A stretch of 63,350 bases of DNA, filler included, from Octopus bimaculoides (taxonomy: Eukaryota), in NCBI RefSeq assembly GCF_001194135.2. It is 5 parts of 4 records of this genome, joined end to end, with 100 filler letters (N's around TTAATTAATTAA, not from the genome) between each part and the next. Parts side by side here need not be neighbours in the genome. Positions count along the whole stretch, not along the records: positions 1 to 20,048 come from NC_068987.1; 4 more parts are not named here. One strand, given 5' to 3'. The first letter of the stretch is position 1, and each line of letters begins with the position of its first letter. Under the pieces are notes generated by a model, which was given only the letters and a program-made list of their open reading frames with translations, did no database searches and had not been told where the DNA came from. Below are positions 1 through 11,259 of the stretch, in pieces. Position numbers and translations under genes: made by a program.

Positions 1-158
1 CCCTATAAACTTGCGGATCGGCAAAAGAGACCGATAGAATGAGTACCAGATTTTAAAAAAATATAAGTACCGGGGCGATTCATTAGACTAAAAATTTAAG
101 GCGGTGCCTTAACATGGCCGCAGTCTAATGACTGAAACAAGTAAAAGAATAAAAGAAT
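1..158 (+). mobile_element. SINE family A, 3' part
   Basis: cggcaaaagagaccgatagaatgagtacc...catggccgcagtctaatgactgaaacaagtaaaagaat matches the 3' ends of copies at 17700-18100, 45205-45535 and 58657-58990. Confidence 0.75.
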
Positions 159-759
159 ATAGATAGGTTAAAGTAGAAAGGAAATGCAAACAATTTGGTT
201 GGCAAGGCTTGACAGAGACATTTAATTTAATGTACCTATATAATGAAAGGTAGTGATAGGCTCTGCCAGCAGTTTTTGGGATATTCCAACTTTTGGAACA
301 TCGTGTCGAGCGAAGACTATATCAGAAGAGGTTTACTTCTACGCAAGTAAGAATGTAGGAACATTAGTTTTGGGGTTCAAAATGCAGCTGGGTTTAAAAA
401 ACGAGTTGTAGTTTGATTTTTTTTTTTCAAATATATCAAAATGCTATACCGGTTTAAATAATTTTAGGGTTTTTTGGGGATAAATAAAATTAATGTAAAA
501 GTTTAAAAGGAAAGTAACTGTACAAATAAAACGATCAAAAATTCAAATATCCATGCAGATTCAAATATTCAATAAATTTCACAGGAATAGAAAATAGTAT
601 AAGTTCAAATATTCGATAAATTTCAACATAATAATACATGATTGAGAGTTCAGTAGGTTTGAAAGCAGTAAATTATATTAGCAATTAGATACGATGAAGA
701 AATGAAAAAAATTTTTTGTCGCGGAATCTGAAAGAGAACTATTCATCGTTTGTTTTACA

Positions 760-836
760 GTACGGGCGGCAAATTTTTTCCCACTAGAGTTCCAGACCCC
801 AGTAATGAACTCATTTGCATACAGCCAATCAGAGCT
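760..836. repeat. Left arm of inverted repeat flanking the PLA2 cassette (octamer + CCAAT)
   Basis: Reverse complement matches 1816-1890 (57/63 nt in the core by eye). ATTTGCAT at 813-820 and GCCAATC at 824-830. Confidence 0.8.
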
Positions 837-880
837 CATCTCGAAAATCTACATATTGTGTACTACTATAGTACAGCCAG

Positions 881-1201
881 TCAGACATAGATTGTGTTTA
901 GCGAAAATAGCTCCTGCTGATAGTAAACCGATGGGTGGGGGCCTTGTTTGGCAGCGTACTCGATAAATTCTTTGTCCGCTTCCCAAGTATCTTTATGAGG
1001 GTCGGTATAATGGAGGTCATGAACTTTTGCTAGTCTGTCTAGCTCGTTGATGGGATCAGCATCGAGCTTAGATAATATGTGTGTGCCTGCTCCTAGGTAT
1101 TTGTAGCCAGGTGGATGTAATTCGTACGTGTTCTCTTGGACTTTGAGTAATTGTTCTTCTTTATCGTGTGAGGTCCTTTTATCACGTCTGATCGGAGGCA
1201 T
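881..1201 (-). CDS. Parvovirus-VP1u/Polinton(adintovirus)-type phospholipase A2 domain protein (endogenous viral element; C-terminus probably frameshifted)
   Basis: 106-aa ORF containing YELHPPGYKYLGAGT (Ca-binding loop, consensus PGYxYLGPG), INELDRLAKVHDLHY (catalytic HD) and ADKEF. A 1-nt shift near 930-942 would continue it as PIGLLSAGAIFAKHNL, resembling PLA2X C-termini. Confidence 0.85.
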   Translation of the reverse strand: MPPIRRDKRTSHDKEEQLLKVQENTYELHPPGYKYLGAGTHILSKLDADPINELDRLAKVHDLHYTDPHKDTWEADKEFIEYAAKQGPHPSVYYQQELFSLNTIYV

Positions 1202-1213
1202 GGAAAATTCTAA

Positions 1214-1318
1214 AATGACGATGGCAATGGCTACATTGATATTTATATAGTGGCAACTCTTACTTCCAGCGAAAGCACTTTTTCCAAGGCCTCCTCGCCT
1301 ATCCCCCCCGCCCCCACA
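1214..1318 (-). promoter_or_regulatory. Pol II core promoter of the PLA2 ORF (GC box, TATA, Inr)
   Basis: Minus strand has GGGGCGGGG at about 1305-1316, TATATAAATA at 1249-1240 and TCATT at 1218-1214. The putative +1 (1216) lies about 31 nt from TATAAA and 15 nt before the ATG. Confidence 0.55.
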
Positions 1319-1815
1319 GCAATTAAATTTAATTCACCCAGCTGTGAGTACAGCATGACAGGTCTCACATAAGCACCACATTTCCTGCTCCACCATCCTC
1401 ATAGATCCATCGAGTACTATCTCTAAATGGAGCTAACATTAGGTACCTATGCTCAGATTGAGATTAGTGATACTGCATGTATCTATTGATATGTGCAAGG
1501 AAGGTGCAATACGACTCAACGTCATATCGATTACGATGTTTCCAGATCAACACCAACATTTTAAATTAGAAATGTACAAAATCTGCCAAAAAAATTAGGC
1601 AACTACGCTCATTTACATTTTCTAGTAAATTACGCAAATTAGCAAAACTTATGGCATCATCGGTGAGCAGCTCTCCATTCACTTTATAAACTAAATTTCA
1701 CATTTGTCACTCTTATTAACCCGTTTAGAACAGTTGGATTTTGCTATAACGCACACTTTCCACTGAACTTAACCAGAGTATTTTCGTGACTAGGTGGACA
1801 CTAGGTTGATAGTTA

Positions 1816-1890
1816 AGCTCTGATTTGCTGTATGCAAATAAGTTCATAACTGGGATCCGGAACTCTCGTGGGAAAAAAAATTTCGCGTAC
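1816..1890. repeat. Right arm of inverted repeat flanking the PLA2 cassette
   Basis: agctctgatttgctgtatgcaaataagttcataactgggatccggaactctcgtgggaaaaaa; ATGCAAAT at 1832-1839. Confidence 0.8.
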
Positions 1891-2601
1891 GGCAGAAACT
1901 TGAATTGTTTCAAGCCGATATTGCTTTGTATGTATAGGTTTTAAGATACAGAATCAAGTCCTGATTAGTTATTAACTTTATGACGTACGCCATTTGTTTT
2001 TGTCTACCTATAGCTATCTGAGTGGCCGACTGCCGGAGTATGTCATTTGTTTATCAAATGTTCGGGTCACATTTTGTTTCGGCAACAATCCAGTGTTCTG
2101 GCTGCGAGGGGACCTCACTTGTTTGTCAACTCCTTTGATCACTTGTTTTTGTCCAGTGCTCTGGCTGATTGATTTTCTGTGCCCGTCATTTGTCTTACAA
2201 ATGTCTTGATCATTTTTGTCAGTCAAAAGCAAGTGACGTCGTTGATTTAATAACTACTGAGAACTTAAACCCATATCTTAAAACCTACACATACAAAGTA
2301 ATCTCGGCTTAAAACTGTTCAAATTTCATCGTTCCTGTTGACTGATTTCCTTAAAATTTGTCGGCTGAACGTTTCAAAGCACCATTCGTTTCTCTTTTTT
2401 TTCCCCTGGTCGAAATCAGACTTTTAATTCGTCTGCCGAACAGCTAAGGTACAGAGATGCANNNNNNNNNNNNNNNNNNNNNNNNNNNNNNNNNNNNNNN
2501 NNNNNNNNNNNNNNNNNNNNNNNNNNNNNNNNNNNNNNNNNNNNNNNNNNNNNNNNNNNNNNNNNNNNNNNNNNNNNNNNNNNNNNNNNNNNNNNNNNNN
2601 N

Positions 2602-2639
<38 letters not shown>

Positions 2640-2640
<1 letters not shown>

Positions 2641-2797
2641 GACGGGGTTCTTTCAGTTTCTGTCTAAGACATTCACTCACATGACCTTGGTCGGTCGAGG
2701 GCTATAGCAGAAGACACTTGCCCAAGGTCCCTCGCAATGGGATTGAACTCAGAACCATGTCGTTGAGAAGAAAACTTCTTACCAGACAACCATGCAC
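2640..2797 (-). mobile_element. SINE family A, 5' part (tRNA head + CORE-like segment)
   Basis: Reverse complement of ...ggttctgagttcaatcc...accttgggcaagtgtcttctgctatagcc...gaaactgaaagaaccccgtc. Confidence 0.75.
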
Positions 2798-3426
2798 GTG
2801 GCAATGCTTTACATATGCTCAGGCACGTTTAGGATCGATGTAGCTGGAAGTGGGTAGCTACCTTTAAAGATGGATCCTGCTATCTTTAAAGATGGATCCA
2901 GATGGAGCGAATAAGCTGACCTCTTCTACTGGACAAATCCTTGTGACACTGGCACGACTAAACTGAGAAAGGTACGAAAGCGAGTGTTTGGTAACATAAA
3001 AATCCAAATTGCCCGTTCAAAATCTAATATGTGTCTGTTCTGGAATGCAGTAGCTATGAGTGACCTTAGCCTCTATGTCTCTTGGTATCACACAGCAACC
3101 TGGAGTACAGCCAGTTGTCATATCATCTGCAATGGTTTAGCCTATTCTTCTCGTTTGATTATATCCAGCTGTTTAGAATGTGTAGATTAGGACTGGGACC
3201 CTCATTGTAAATCACACCAAAAAAACCTCCTATATGGAGGTGAGTTTAACCCCAAAGAGCACACTGAAATAGTTACAAACACAATTTTAAAACACCATTC
3301 TTTTCATTATTGTTGTATTTCGGGATGGTCATTTTTTTGCCTAATGAACACATGCACTATATATTTCTTCTTCACTCGTTTATGACTGTTCTTATTTTAT
3401 TATTTTAACTCTTGACCATTGTCCGG

Positions 3427-3459
3427 AAATATTTCGTCACACATCTGTGACCTCTTCAG
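3427..3459 (-). ncRNA. Degenerate hammerhead-ribozyme motif (PLE pLTR-type)
   Basis: Minus strand reads CUGAAGA-g-GUCAC[agatgt]GUGAC-GAAA-UAUUU. Stem II is intact; stem I pairs poorly. Confidence 0.45.
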
Positions 3460-3573
3460 CGATACTTTTTTTTTCATTTTCGTTTGTTCTTGCTCCACTT
3501 GCTCCATTCTCTTCTTCTTAGATGTGCATCCTTATGTGCGCAGGCGTTTGTGTCCGTGTTTGTTTGTTTGTGT

Positions 3574-3604
<31 letters not shown>

Positions 3605-5184
3605 CGTGCGTGCGTGTGTGTGTAAGTATGTGTGTATGCTTGTGTGTGTGTATCATAGTTTTTAGCAGCAGTGTGGCCTTCCCCTCAGCCCCATCCTCTC
3701 ACCATGTTGTTACTGCTGCTGTCCTAAGACCCAAAAATTTGGTACAGTTCCTGTTTTCCTCTATGTATGTGTGTTCGCTCATGCTGTTGCCACCGTGGTA
3801 GTTGTTGTTGTTTCTGTTCTTATTGCCATCGCTGTNNNNNNNNNNNNNNNNNNNNNNNNNNNNNNNNNNNNNNNNNNNNNNNNNNNNNNNNNNNNNNNNN
3901 NNNNNNNNNNNNNNNNNNNNNNNNNNNNNNNNNNNNNNNNNNNNNNNNNNNNNNNNNNNNNNNNNNNNNNNNNNNNNNNNNNNNNNNNNNNNNNNNNNNN
4001 NNNNNNNNNNNNNNNNNNNNNNNNNNNNNNNNNNNNNNNNNNNNNNNNNNNNNNNNNNNNNNNNNNNNNNNNNNNNNNNNNNNNNNNNNNNNNNNNNNNN
4101 NNNNNNNNNNNNNNNNNNNNNNNNNNNNNNNNNNNNNNNNNNNNNNNNNNNNNNNNNNNNNNNNNNNNNNNNNNNNNNNNNNNNNNNNNNNNNNNNNNNN
4201 NNNNNNNNNNNNNNNNNNNNNNNNNNNNNNNNNNNNNNNNNNNNNNNNNNNNNNNNNNNNNNNNNNNNNNNNNNNNNNNNNNNNNNNNNNNNNNNNNNNN
4301 NNNNNNNNNNNNNNNNNNNNNNNNNNNNNNNNNNNNNNNNNNNNNNNNNNNNNNNNNNNNNNNNNNNNNNNNNNNNNNNNNNNNNNNNNNNNNNNNNNNN
4401 NNNNNNNNNNNNNNNNNNNNNNNNNNNNNNNNNNNNNNNNNNNNNNNNNNNNNNNNNNNNNNNNNNNNNNNNNNNNNNNNNNNNNNNNNNNNNNNNNNNN
4501 NNNNNNNATATATACATAAGGTAAAATACAAATATCCTGAAGAAGGGGTCTTCATCTCAAAATATATGTATGTGTATATGTGTGTGTGTGTGTGTTCCAT
4601 ATGGATTCGAAAATTGAGTTGTCTCTTTTGACGCATGAGTTATTAAAAGATTCAGTAATCTTTCGGCTACTAAATAAAGTATGTTTTTTGCACAACTCTT
4701 TTTTACTACAAATAACCTCGAAAACGAGGTCGGATCGCACAATTTTGAGGTCTTTAGCAATATGAGAAAATGTTTAAAATATATGAAGTTTTACCAGGGA
4801 ATGAAACTTCGAAGATACACCGTTAGCTTTATTAGTATTATTTAGTAGATAATCTTTTAATATGGAGTATGTTTGTCTGCGTTTTTGTTTAGAACTGGTG
4901 TAGCAGACCCATCGCATAAAAAAAAAAATTTTTCTTCTTGAAATACTGTAAATCTGTGTCTTTCTTCTGACGAAAGGGTGTGTTTTAAGAGAGATTTGAC
5001 TACTATTTGTAATAGCACAAATTACCACAGAGACACCTCTGTATGTGCGCTTTGTTGTGGTGAAAAAAATACTTTTTCTCAAAATATTCTGCACAATAAT
5101 TTTTAAAGAAATCTGGTCTTCTTTTTATTAGGTGCAAGCGAACGTGACCTTGGGGAAGAAGCACAAAGACACACACGCACATGG

Positions 5185-5366
5185 ATATATCTATACATAT
5201 CTGACGGTCTTCTTTCAGTTTCCGTCTACTAAATCCATTCAGAAGGCTTTGGTCGGTGTGTAGCTGTAGCAGACGACACATACCTAAAGTATCTCTCAGT
5301 GGGACTGAACTCGGAACCAGGTGTTTGGGAAGCAAACTTCTTATAACACAGCTACGCCTGCGCCTA
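5185..5366 (-). mobile_element. SINE family A, 5' part
   Basis: Reverse complement of the head (gtggaagtttgcttcccaaacacctggttccgagttcagtcccactg) and body (ccaaagccttctgaatggatttagtagacggaaactgaaagaagaccgtc). Confidence 0.7.
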
Positions 5367-5394
5367 TAATATATGCATGTGTATGTGTGTTATA

Positions 5395-6025
5395 TACAGA
5401 TACATGTATTTATATGTATGTCTGTGTATGCATGTGTGTATGTATGTATGTATGTATGCATGTATGTATGCATGTATGTATGTAGGAATGAATGCACTTA
5501 TGTACGTATGTATAAATGTACGTACGTACGTATGTACGTATGTACGAATGTATGTATGTATGTATGTATGTATGCATGCATGCATGTATGTACGCATTAT
5601 GTATGAATGCATTTACATACGTATGTATGAATGTATGTAGGTAAGTTTGTATGTATATATGTATGTACGTATGTATGTATGTATGTATGTATGTATGTAT
5701 GAATGAATGCACTTATGTACATATGTATGAATGTACTACGTACGTATATTTGTATGTATGCACGAATGTATGTATATATGTACGTATGTGTGAGTATGTA
5801 TGTATGCACGAATGTATGCATGTACGAATGTACATATGTATGTGTATGTATGTATGTATGTACGTACGTACGTACGTATGTATGTATGTACGTATGTATG
5901 CACTTAAGTACGTATGTATGAATGTATGTACGTACGTTTGTATGTATGTACGTACGTACGTATGTATGTATGTATGTATGTATGTATGTATGTATGTATG
6001 TATGTATGTATGTATGTATGTATGT
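5395..6025. repeat. Long degenerate (TATG/TACG)n microsatellite
   Basis: About 630 bp of tatg/tacg/catg units. Confidence 0.95.
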
Positions 6026-7014
6026 GAAATTCCACTGAAAGTCTGTTCTATGTAAGTGACATACGAGACTGCAAGAATGCTTTCTATATTTTATTATTTT
6101 ATTCAACTTTGAGCCGTTGTTAGAGGTGAATGGTGTGTGTGGAGCGTTTTGTAATGTGCGGTTGGTGGCTGGAAGGTGACTTTTGATTGGTGAGGAACTA
6201 GGTGTGAGGGTACAACTGCACAGTTTCGAGTGCTAAATACATATTAGATAGGTAGATGGATACTTTAATGCTTTCGCTGCTCCAGAACAGAAAGAGCATT
6301 GCAACCCTCAGGTACCAGCAAAGTTGAAGCTCTTATCACACACATACACACGCACACACACACACGCACATAAACACACACAGAGACACGCACATACGCA
6401 CATACACTCATATACGCACGCACATACTCGCTCATGTCGTCACTTTCCAAACGCGCGCACGTTTTTATCATTTCTACGCTGCCATGTATGTAGAGCCGAG
6501 AAGTGTATCCAGATACATCACGAATTCATGCCCAGACACAAACGAGCATACATACNNNNNNNNNNNNNNNNNNNNNNNNNNNNNNNNNNNNNNNNNNNNN
6601 NNNNNNNNNNNNNNNNNNNNNNNNNNNNNNNNNNNNNNNNNNNNNNNNNNNNNNNNNNNNNNNNNNNNNNNNNNNNNNNNNNNNNNNNNNNNNNNNNNNN
6701 NNNNNNNNNNNNNNNNNNNNNNNNNNNNNNNNNNNNNNNNNNNNNNNNNNNNNNNNNNNNNNNNNNNNNNNNNNNNNNNNNNNNNNNNNNNNNNNNNNNN
6801 NNNNNNNNNNNNNNNNNNNNNNNNNNNNNNNNNNNNNNNNNNNNNNNNNNNNNNNNNNNNNNNNNNNNNNNNNNNNNNNNNNNNNNNNNNNNNNNNNNNN
6901 NNNNNNNNNNNNNNNNNNNNNNNNNNNNNNNNNNNNNNNNNNNNNNNNNNNNNNNNNNNNNNNNNNNNNNNNNNNNNNNNNNNNNNNNNNNNNNNNNNNN
7001 NNNNNNNNNNNNNN

Positions 7015-7067
<53 letters not shown>

Positions 7068-7256
7068 ATACACACATATACATACACACACATGCTAAGT
7101 AAAATGGGGAACTTAAAGAGTGTTACTGATGACATTGAAAATAAGGAGAAATTCTATTGAGTCACAAGTGAATAGTTACACACCACGCAGATACATACAT
7201 ACATACATACATACGCATATACCCACATACATACATACATACATACACATGTATAT

Positions 7257-7993
7257 AAGAGGTCTGAACAATAAGTATCCGGACTGTTGCTATAGTAACA
7301 AAGCTAAAGCACTTAGGGTGAAGCCGCTTGGTAAAAATTGACCTTGAATTCTGCACACTAAGTTTTAACGTACTAACACACTTCTACTGTTTACAGCATT
7401 GCTTGGTAGGAAGGTGTGTAGCGTGTAATCGTTGCATTGACCATAACAGAAAGTTGTCATGGCGATACCAGCTCAGAGCCCTACACAAAGTTGCAGAAAG
7501 CGTATGGAGTGGAGTGCATGAGCCTCACAGAAGTGTACGAGTGCTTCAGACGTTTCCAAGATGGCCGAAAAAATGTCGACATTGAGGAACGTTCTGGGAG
7601 ACCCGCACCCAGAAGATCTGAGAAAAATATCGCAAATGTACGTACACGTGTGAGGGAAAATCGCCGAATCACTATCCGTGAGTTATCAGAGGATGTGCAG
7701 ATTAGTTACGATTCAGTTCATCCATTATCACTGAAGATTTGGGTATGAGACGCGCGTCTGCCAAGTTTATGCCAAAACTGCTTTCAGATGACCAAGAAGG
7801 TGCTCAGGTTTCAGTTGCTCAAGAGTTCTTTGATTGTGTCGAGAAGTATGAAAATATTTTGAAAACTTTGTATAGGCCGCTGAGCAGGTCAATCTGTGTC
7901 AATCTGTGTCAATCTGTGTCAAGCGGCTTCACTCTGCGTGCTACAGTTTCGTTACTATGGCAACAGTCCGGATACTTGTTGATCAGACTACAT
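7257..7993 (+). mobile_element. Internally deleted mariner-type transposon
   Basis: About 40-bp TIRs (ggtctgaacaataagtatccggactgttgctatagtaac / gttactatggcaacagtccggatacttgttgatcagac) in TA context. Transposase N-terminal HTH remnants: VYECFRRFQDGRKNVDIEERSGRP, NRRITIRELSEDVQIS, MRRASAKFMPKLLS. Confidence 0.9.
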
Positions 7994-8053
7994 ATATAAT
8001 TCAAGGTGTATTCCGTTAATAGAGCTCGTTCGCCCTTAGAATTACCAAATGTC

Positions 8054-8111
<58 letters not shown>

Positions 8112-8128
8112 TAGATAGATATGATGTA

Positions 8129-9352
8129 CATAGACATGACAGAAGTAAATAGACAACCCTATAATCATTAAGATGTATTTAAATTTTAAATTATACATAC
8201 AAATTATTTATTAATAATTATAATGTGAATATTTGATATTCAGTAGACATGCTCTTTATATTTTCCAATGCAAGGACCCTATTAGGCATGTTACTGATCA
8301 GATGCCGAATATTCTCTTGCGGAATTTCTTGCCAAGTTTCATGCAGTAATCTCAAAAGATCTGGCTTTGAAGATGCTGTCCTGTCCATTATGTCCCAGAG
8401 ATGTTCAATAGGGTTCGTATCTGGTGACTGACTTGGCCATGGAAGCTTTTTAATGCCATTCTCATCCAACAAATCTTGGGTCATTTTAGCCGTGTGTCAA
8501 GGAGCCCCATCTTCCATAAAGAGTCTTCTTTAATCATTTCACCACCGGAGAAGATTGTAAGGAGCCCTTTCTGCAATATGGACGCATATTTATCTAACTT
8601 TATGTTTCTCTTACTCGCCACCAGCTCTGATCAACCATTGCTCCAAATTGCTCCCCAGTCCATCACAGAATAGCTGCCGTATTTCATTGTTGGCTGCAAT
8701 CTTTTCACATCAAATTCTTGATGGTAGAGTCTCCAGACCCACACTCGACCACTGCCAGGAAATACAGCAAATTTGAACTCATCAGAGAATATGACAGTCC
8801 CAATGCTAGTGGCCTCTTCACCATCTCACTGGCCCAATCTTTTCTCCGCTTGATGTTGGCTGGTCGAAGAAATGGTTTCCTTCTTCTTGTTCTGCCATAG
8901 TAACCAAGTTTGTGGAGATACCTGACAGCTGTTGTGAGACTGACATCAACTTGCTCTGCTATGTCAGAGGTCTTGCAATGAGGATTATCCTCCACACTTC
9001 TTTTAGCAAAGAGAAGTGTCCTGCCATAGGGCTCTGGTTGATCTGGGCAAGGTGATGTGAACTCCTTCTCCTCTCATGTGAATTGCACAATTACTCTATT
9101 AACTGTAGAAAGTGGGATCCCAAGGTCTTCTGCGATTGTACGCTATGTCCACCTTCAGAATAACCCACAATACAGCCTCTTTGAAATTCAGACAGTTCCA
9201 AGCCTTCTTTTGTACATGACATGATTAAACAGTCATATATAGAACCTGAAGCATAAAAATGTCAATTAATAAAAAAATATATACCTTTACAAGTTAGAAT
9301 AAACGTATAACGATGTTTTATGGGGTGTCTATTTACTTCTGTTATGTCTTTG
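8129..9352 (-). mobile_element. Tc1-family transposon (decayed, 1224 bp)
   Basis: TIRs catagacatgacagaagtaaatagacaaccc / ggggtgtctatttacttctgttatgtctttg with TA flanks. Frameshifted transposase: YLHKLGYYGRTRRRKPFLRPANIKRRKDWA and LPWPSQSPDTNPIEHLWDIMDR. Confidence 0.92.
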
Positions 9353-9360
9353 TATGTATG

Positions 9361-9776
9361 TCATTATTCAGTTTATTTCAAGATTTCTTGAAAGAACCGG
9401 TTTCTAATCTAGATTCAAGGTTCCTTCAGTGGAATTTCAACATTAACAGCGGGGTATTTTTGTATGTATGTATGTATGTATGTATGTATGTATGTATGTA
9501 TGTGCAGATTTGTATGTCTTATATATGTATTCTCATGCATATAATTGCATATTTAGACATGCTCATATATATTTAAATGATAAACCTCTGGAAATGTTTA
9601 CAGATATTTACAGTTCCAGTGATGGACTAAATCTGTAATCTTCGAATTAGCTTTCTCCTTTCTAGTTTTGAGACGCCTAATTTCTCAAGACTGGTATTTA
9701 GGCAGTGCGCTATATACCCCAGTGCCCCAATAATTGTAGGTATAAACCTGAATTTGTAATCTGGATAGAGTAACTG
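9361..9776 (-). mobile_element. 5'-truncated R4/Dong-like RLE non-LTR retrotransposon, copy 1
   Basis: QLLYPDYKFRFIPTIIGALGYIAHCLNTSLEKLG...LQI then a 3'UTR with an internal (CATA)n and AATAAA. Flanked on both sides by (TATG)n. Confidence 0.8.
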
Positions 9777-9826
9777 TATGCATGTATGTATGTATGTATG
9801 TATTATGTACGTACGGACGTATTTAC

Positions 9827-9857
<31 letters not shown>

Positions 9858-10223
9858 TGTATATGTATGCATGTATATGAATTCATTCCCTAAAAAAGAA
9901 CAAACCAAGCAAATCCGGGTTCTCCGAATAGAAAATCTTTAGAAATAACTTTTCAAAGTGGTTTAATCGCACTGCTAACGCATGTGGAGCGTAGTTATCA
10001 AGCCTTTGATATTCTTGGCAGTGTATTATGGCAGCAAAACGAAATACTGTAGCCCTGTCAGCAATTAATTACAAATTCTATCAATCAGTCTTTTACAGTT
10101 AAAATGTGTAAAACGTTCAGGAAATTCCGTATATGAGTTTACCATGCTAAACATGAAAAACGTAATATGCCCGATGGACTCGCTCCATGTGAATTTTCTG
10201 TGCACGGACCCATTGCATATAGA

Positions 10224-10275
<52 letters not shown>

Positions 10276-10490
10276 CTGCATACTAAAGTCGAATACATAT
10301 CCACCACACAAATACAAGTTATCCATCAGCAGAAACATGCGTATAAACACACTTCAATCGATTCAGACGACCAAAAGTACTCATAACTGAAACATAAGAG
10401 ACTAGCCAGCTTGAATAAATCTTTAGCATAAAGAACACTTACATACATGCATACATACATACATACATGCATACATACATACATACATAC

Positions 10491-10545
10491 CTTTCGAACC
10501 TCCAGCTTCTATATCCAGATTACAAATTTACATTTGTATTAATAA
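10491..10545 (+). mobile_element. Short fragment of the same RLE family
   Basis: (CATA)n followed directly by ctttcgaacctccagcttctatatccagattacaaatttacattt (FRTLQLLYPDYKFTF). Confidence 0.55.
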
Positions 10546-10971
10546 TGATTGTGCATTTGATTTTGTGAGTAAATACCTAACTGACAGTCCAGATAAGCTT
10601 TGATATTCAGGAAAAAAACCCCCAACCAACTGACTCCCACATTACAAATACAATTTATAAGTGGAACAGTTAAAATATGCAAGACTTTTCTAAAGTTTAA
10701 AATGTGATATTGATTTTGTTATTTACATTCCAAAGACGTAGCTTTGTATCTTTGTTAGAAAGAATTCCCTTCCTCAGAGAAAGAATCTAAATAATTTAAA
10801 ACAGAAGAGAACATACATACACCTCATAAGATCCAAAAGGTACCTGAAAAAATTCCTCAAAGAAATATCAAACACTTGAATACATCTCGGCAAATCTTAA
10901 CTCGAGCGGGCTGTGATGTCTTAAAACACTACTTAAAAGATTATTGTAAGTGGCCTACGTTAATAATGACT

Positions 10972-11206
10972 TCAAGTTTTGGCACATGGTCAAAAATTTC
11001 GGGGGAAGGGTTAAATGGGTAACATCGACCCCAGCTGAGATTTATTTTATCGACCCCAGTGTTCAACTGGTACTTACTTCATCGACTCCGAAGGATGAAA
11101 GGCAAAGTCGACCTCGGTGGAATTTGAATTCAGAACGTTAGAGACGAGAGATATACCGCTAAGCATTTCACCCGACGTTTTAACAATTCAGCTAGCTCAC
11201 CGCCTT
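10972..11206 (-). mobile_element. SINE family C (tRNA head + MetaSINE-like central domain)
   Basis: Reverse complement of ggcggtgagctagctgaattgtta...ttctgaattcaaattccaccgaggtcgactttgcctttcatccttcggagtcgatgaagtaagtaccag; more than 10 copies in the window. Confidence 0.75.
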
Positions 11207-11259
11207 ACGGCTGACGGTAACAATGGCCAAAATCTTAGTCATCAAAGTATGTATGTATG

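Noticed and set aside
1335-1400. LCETCH zinc/HNH-like peptide on the minus strand
   Set aside because: The open frame is only about 30 codons, so a chance match is likely.
4537-4575. CUGAAGA-a-gggg..tctc-aaaa, HHR-like
   Set aside because: GAAA is absent, stem II is mostly wobble pairs and there is no stem I.
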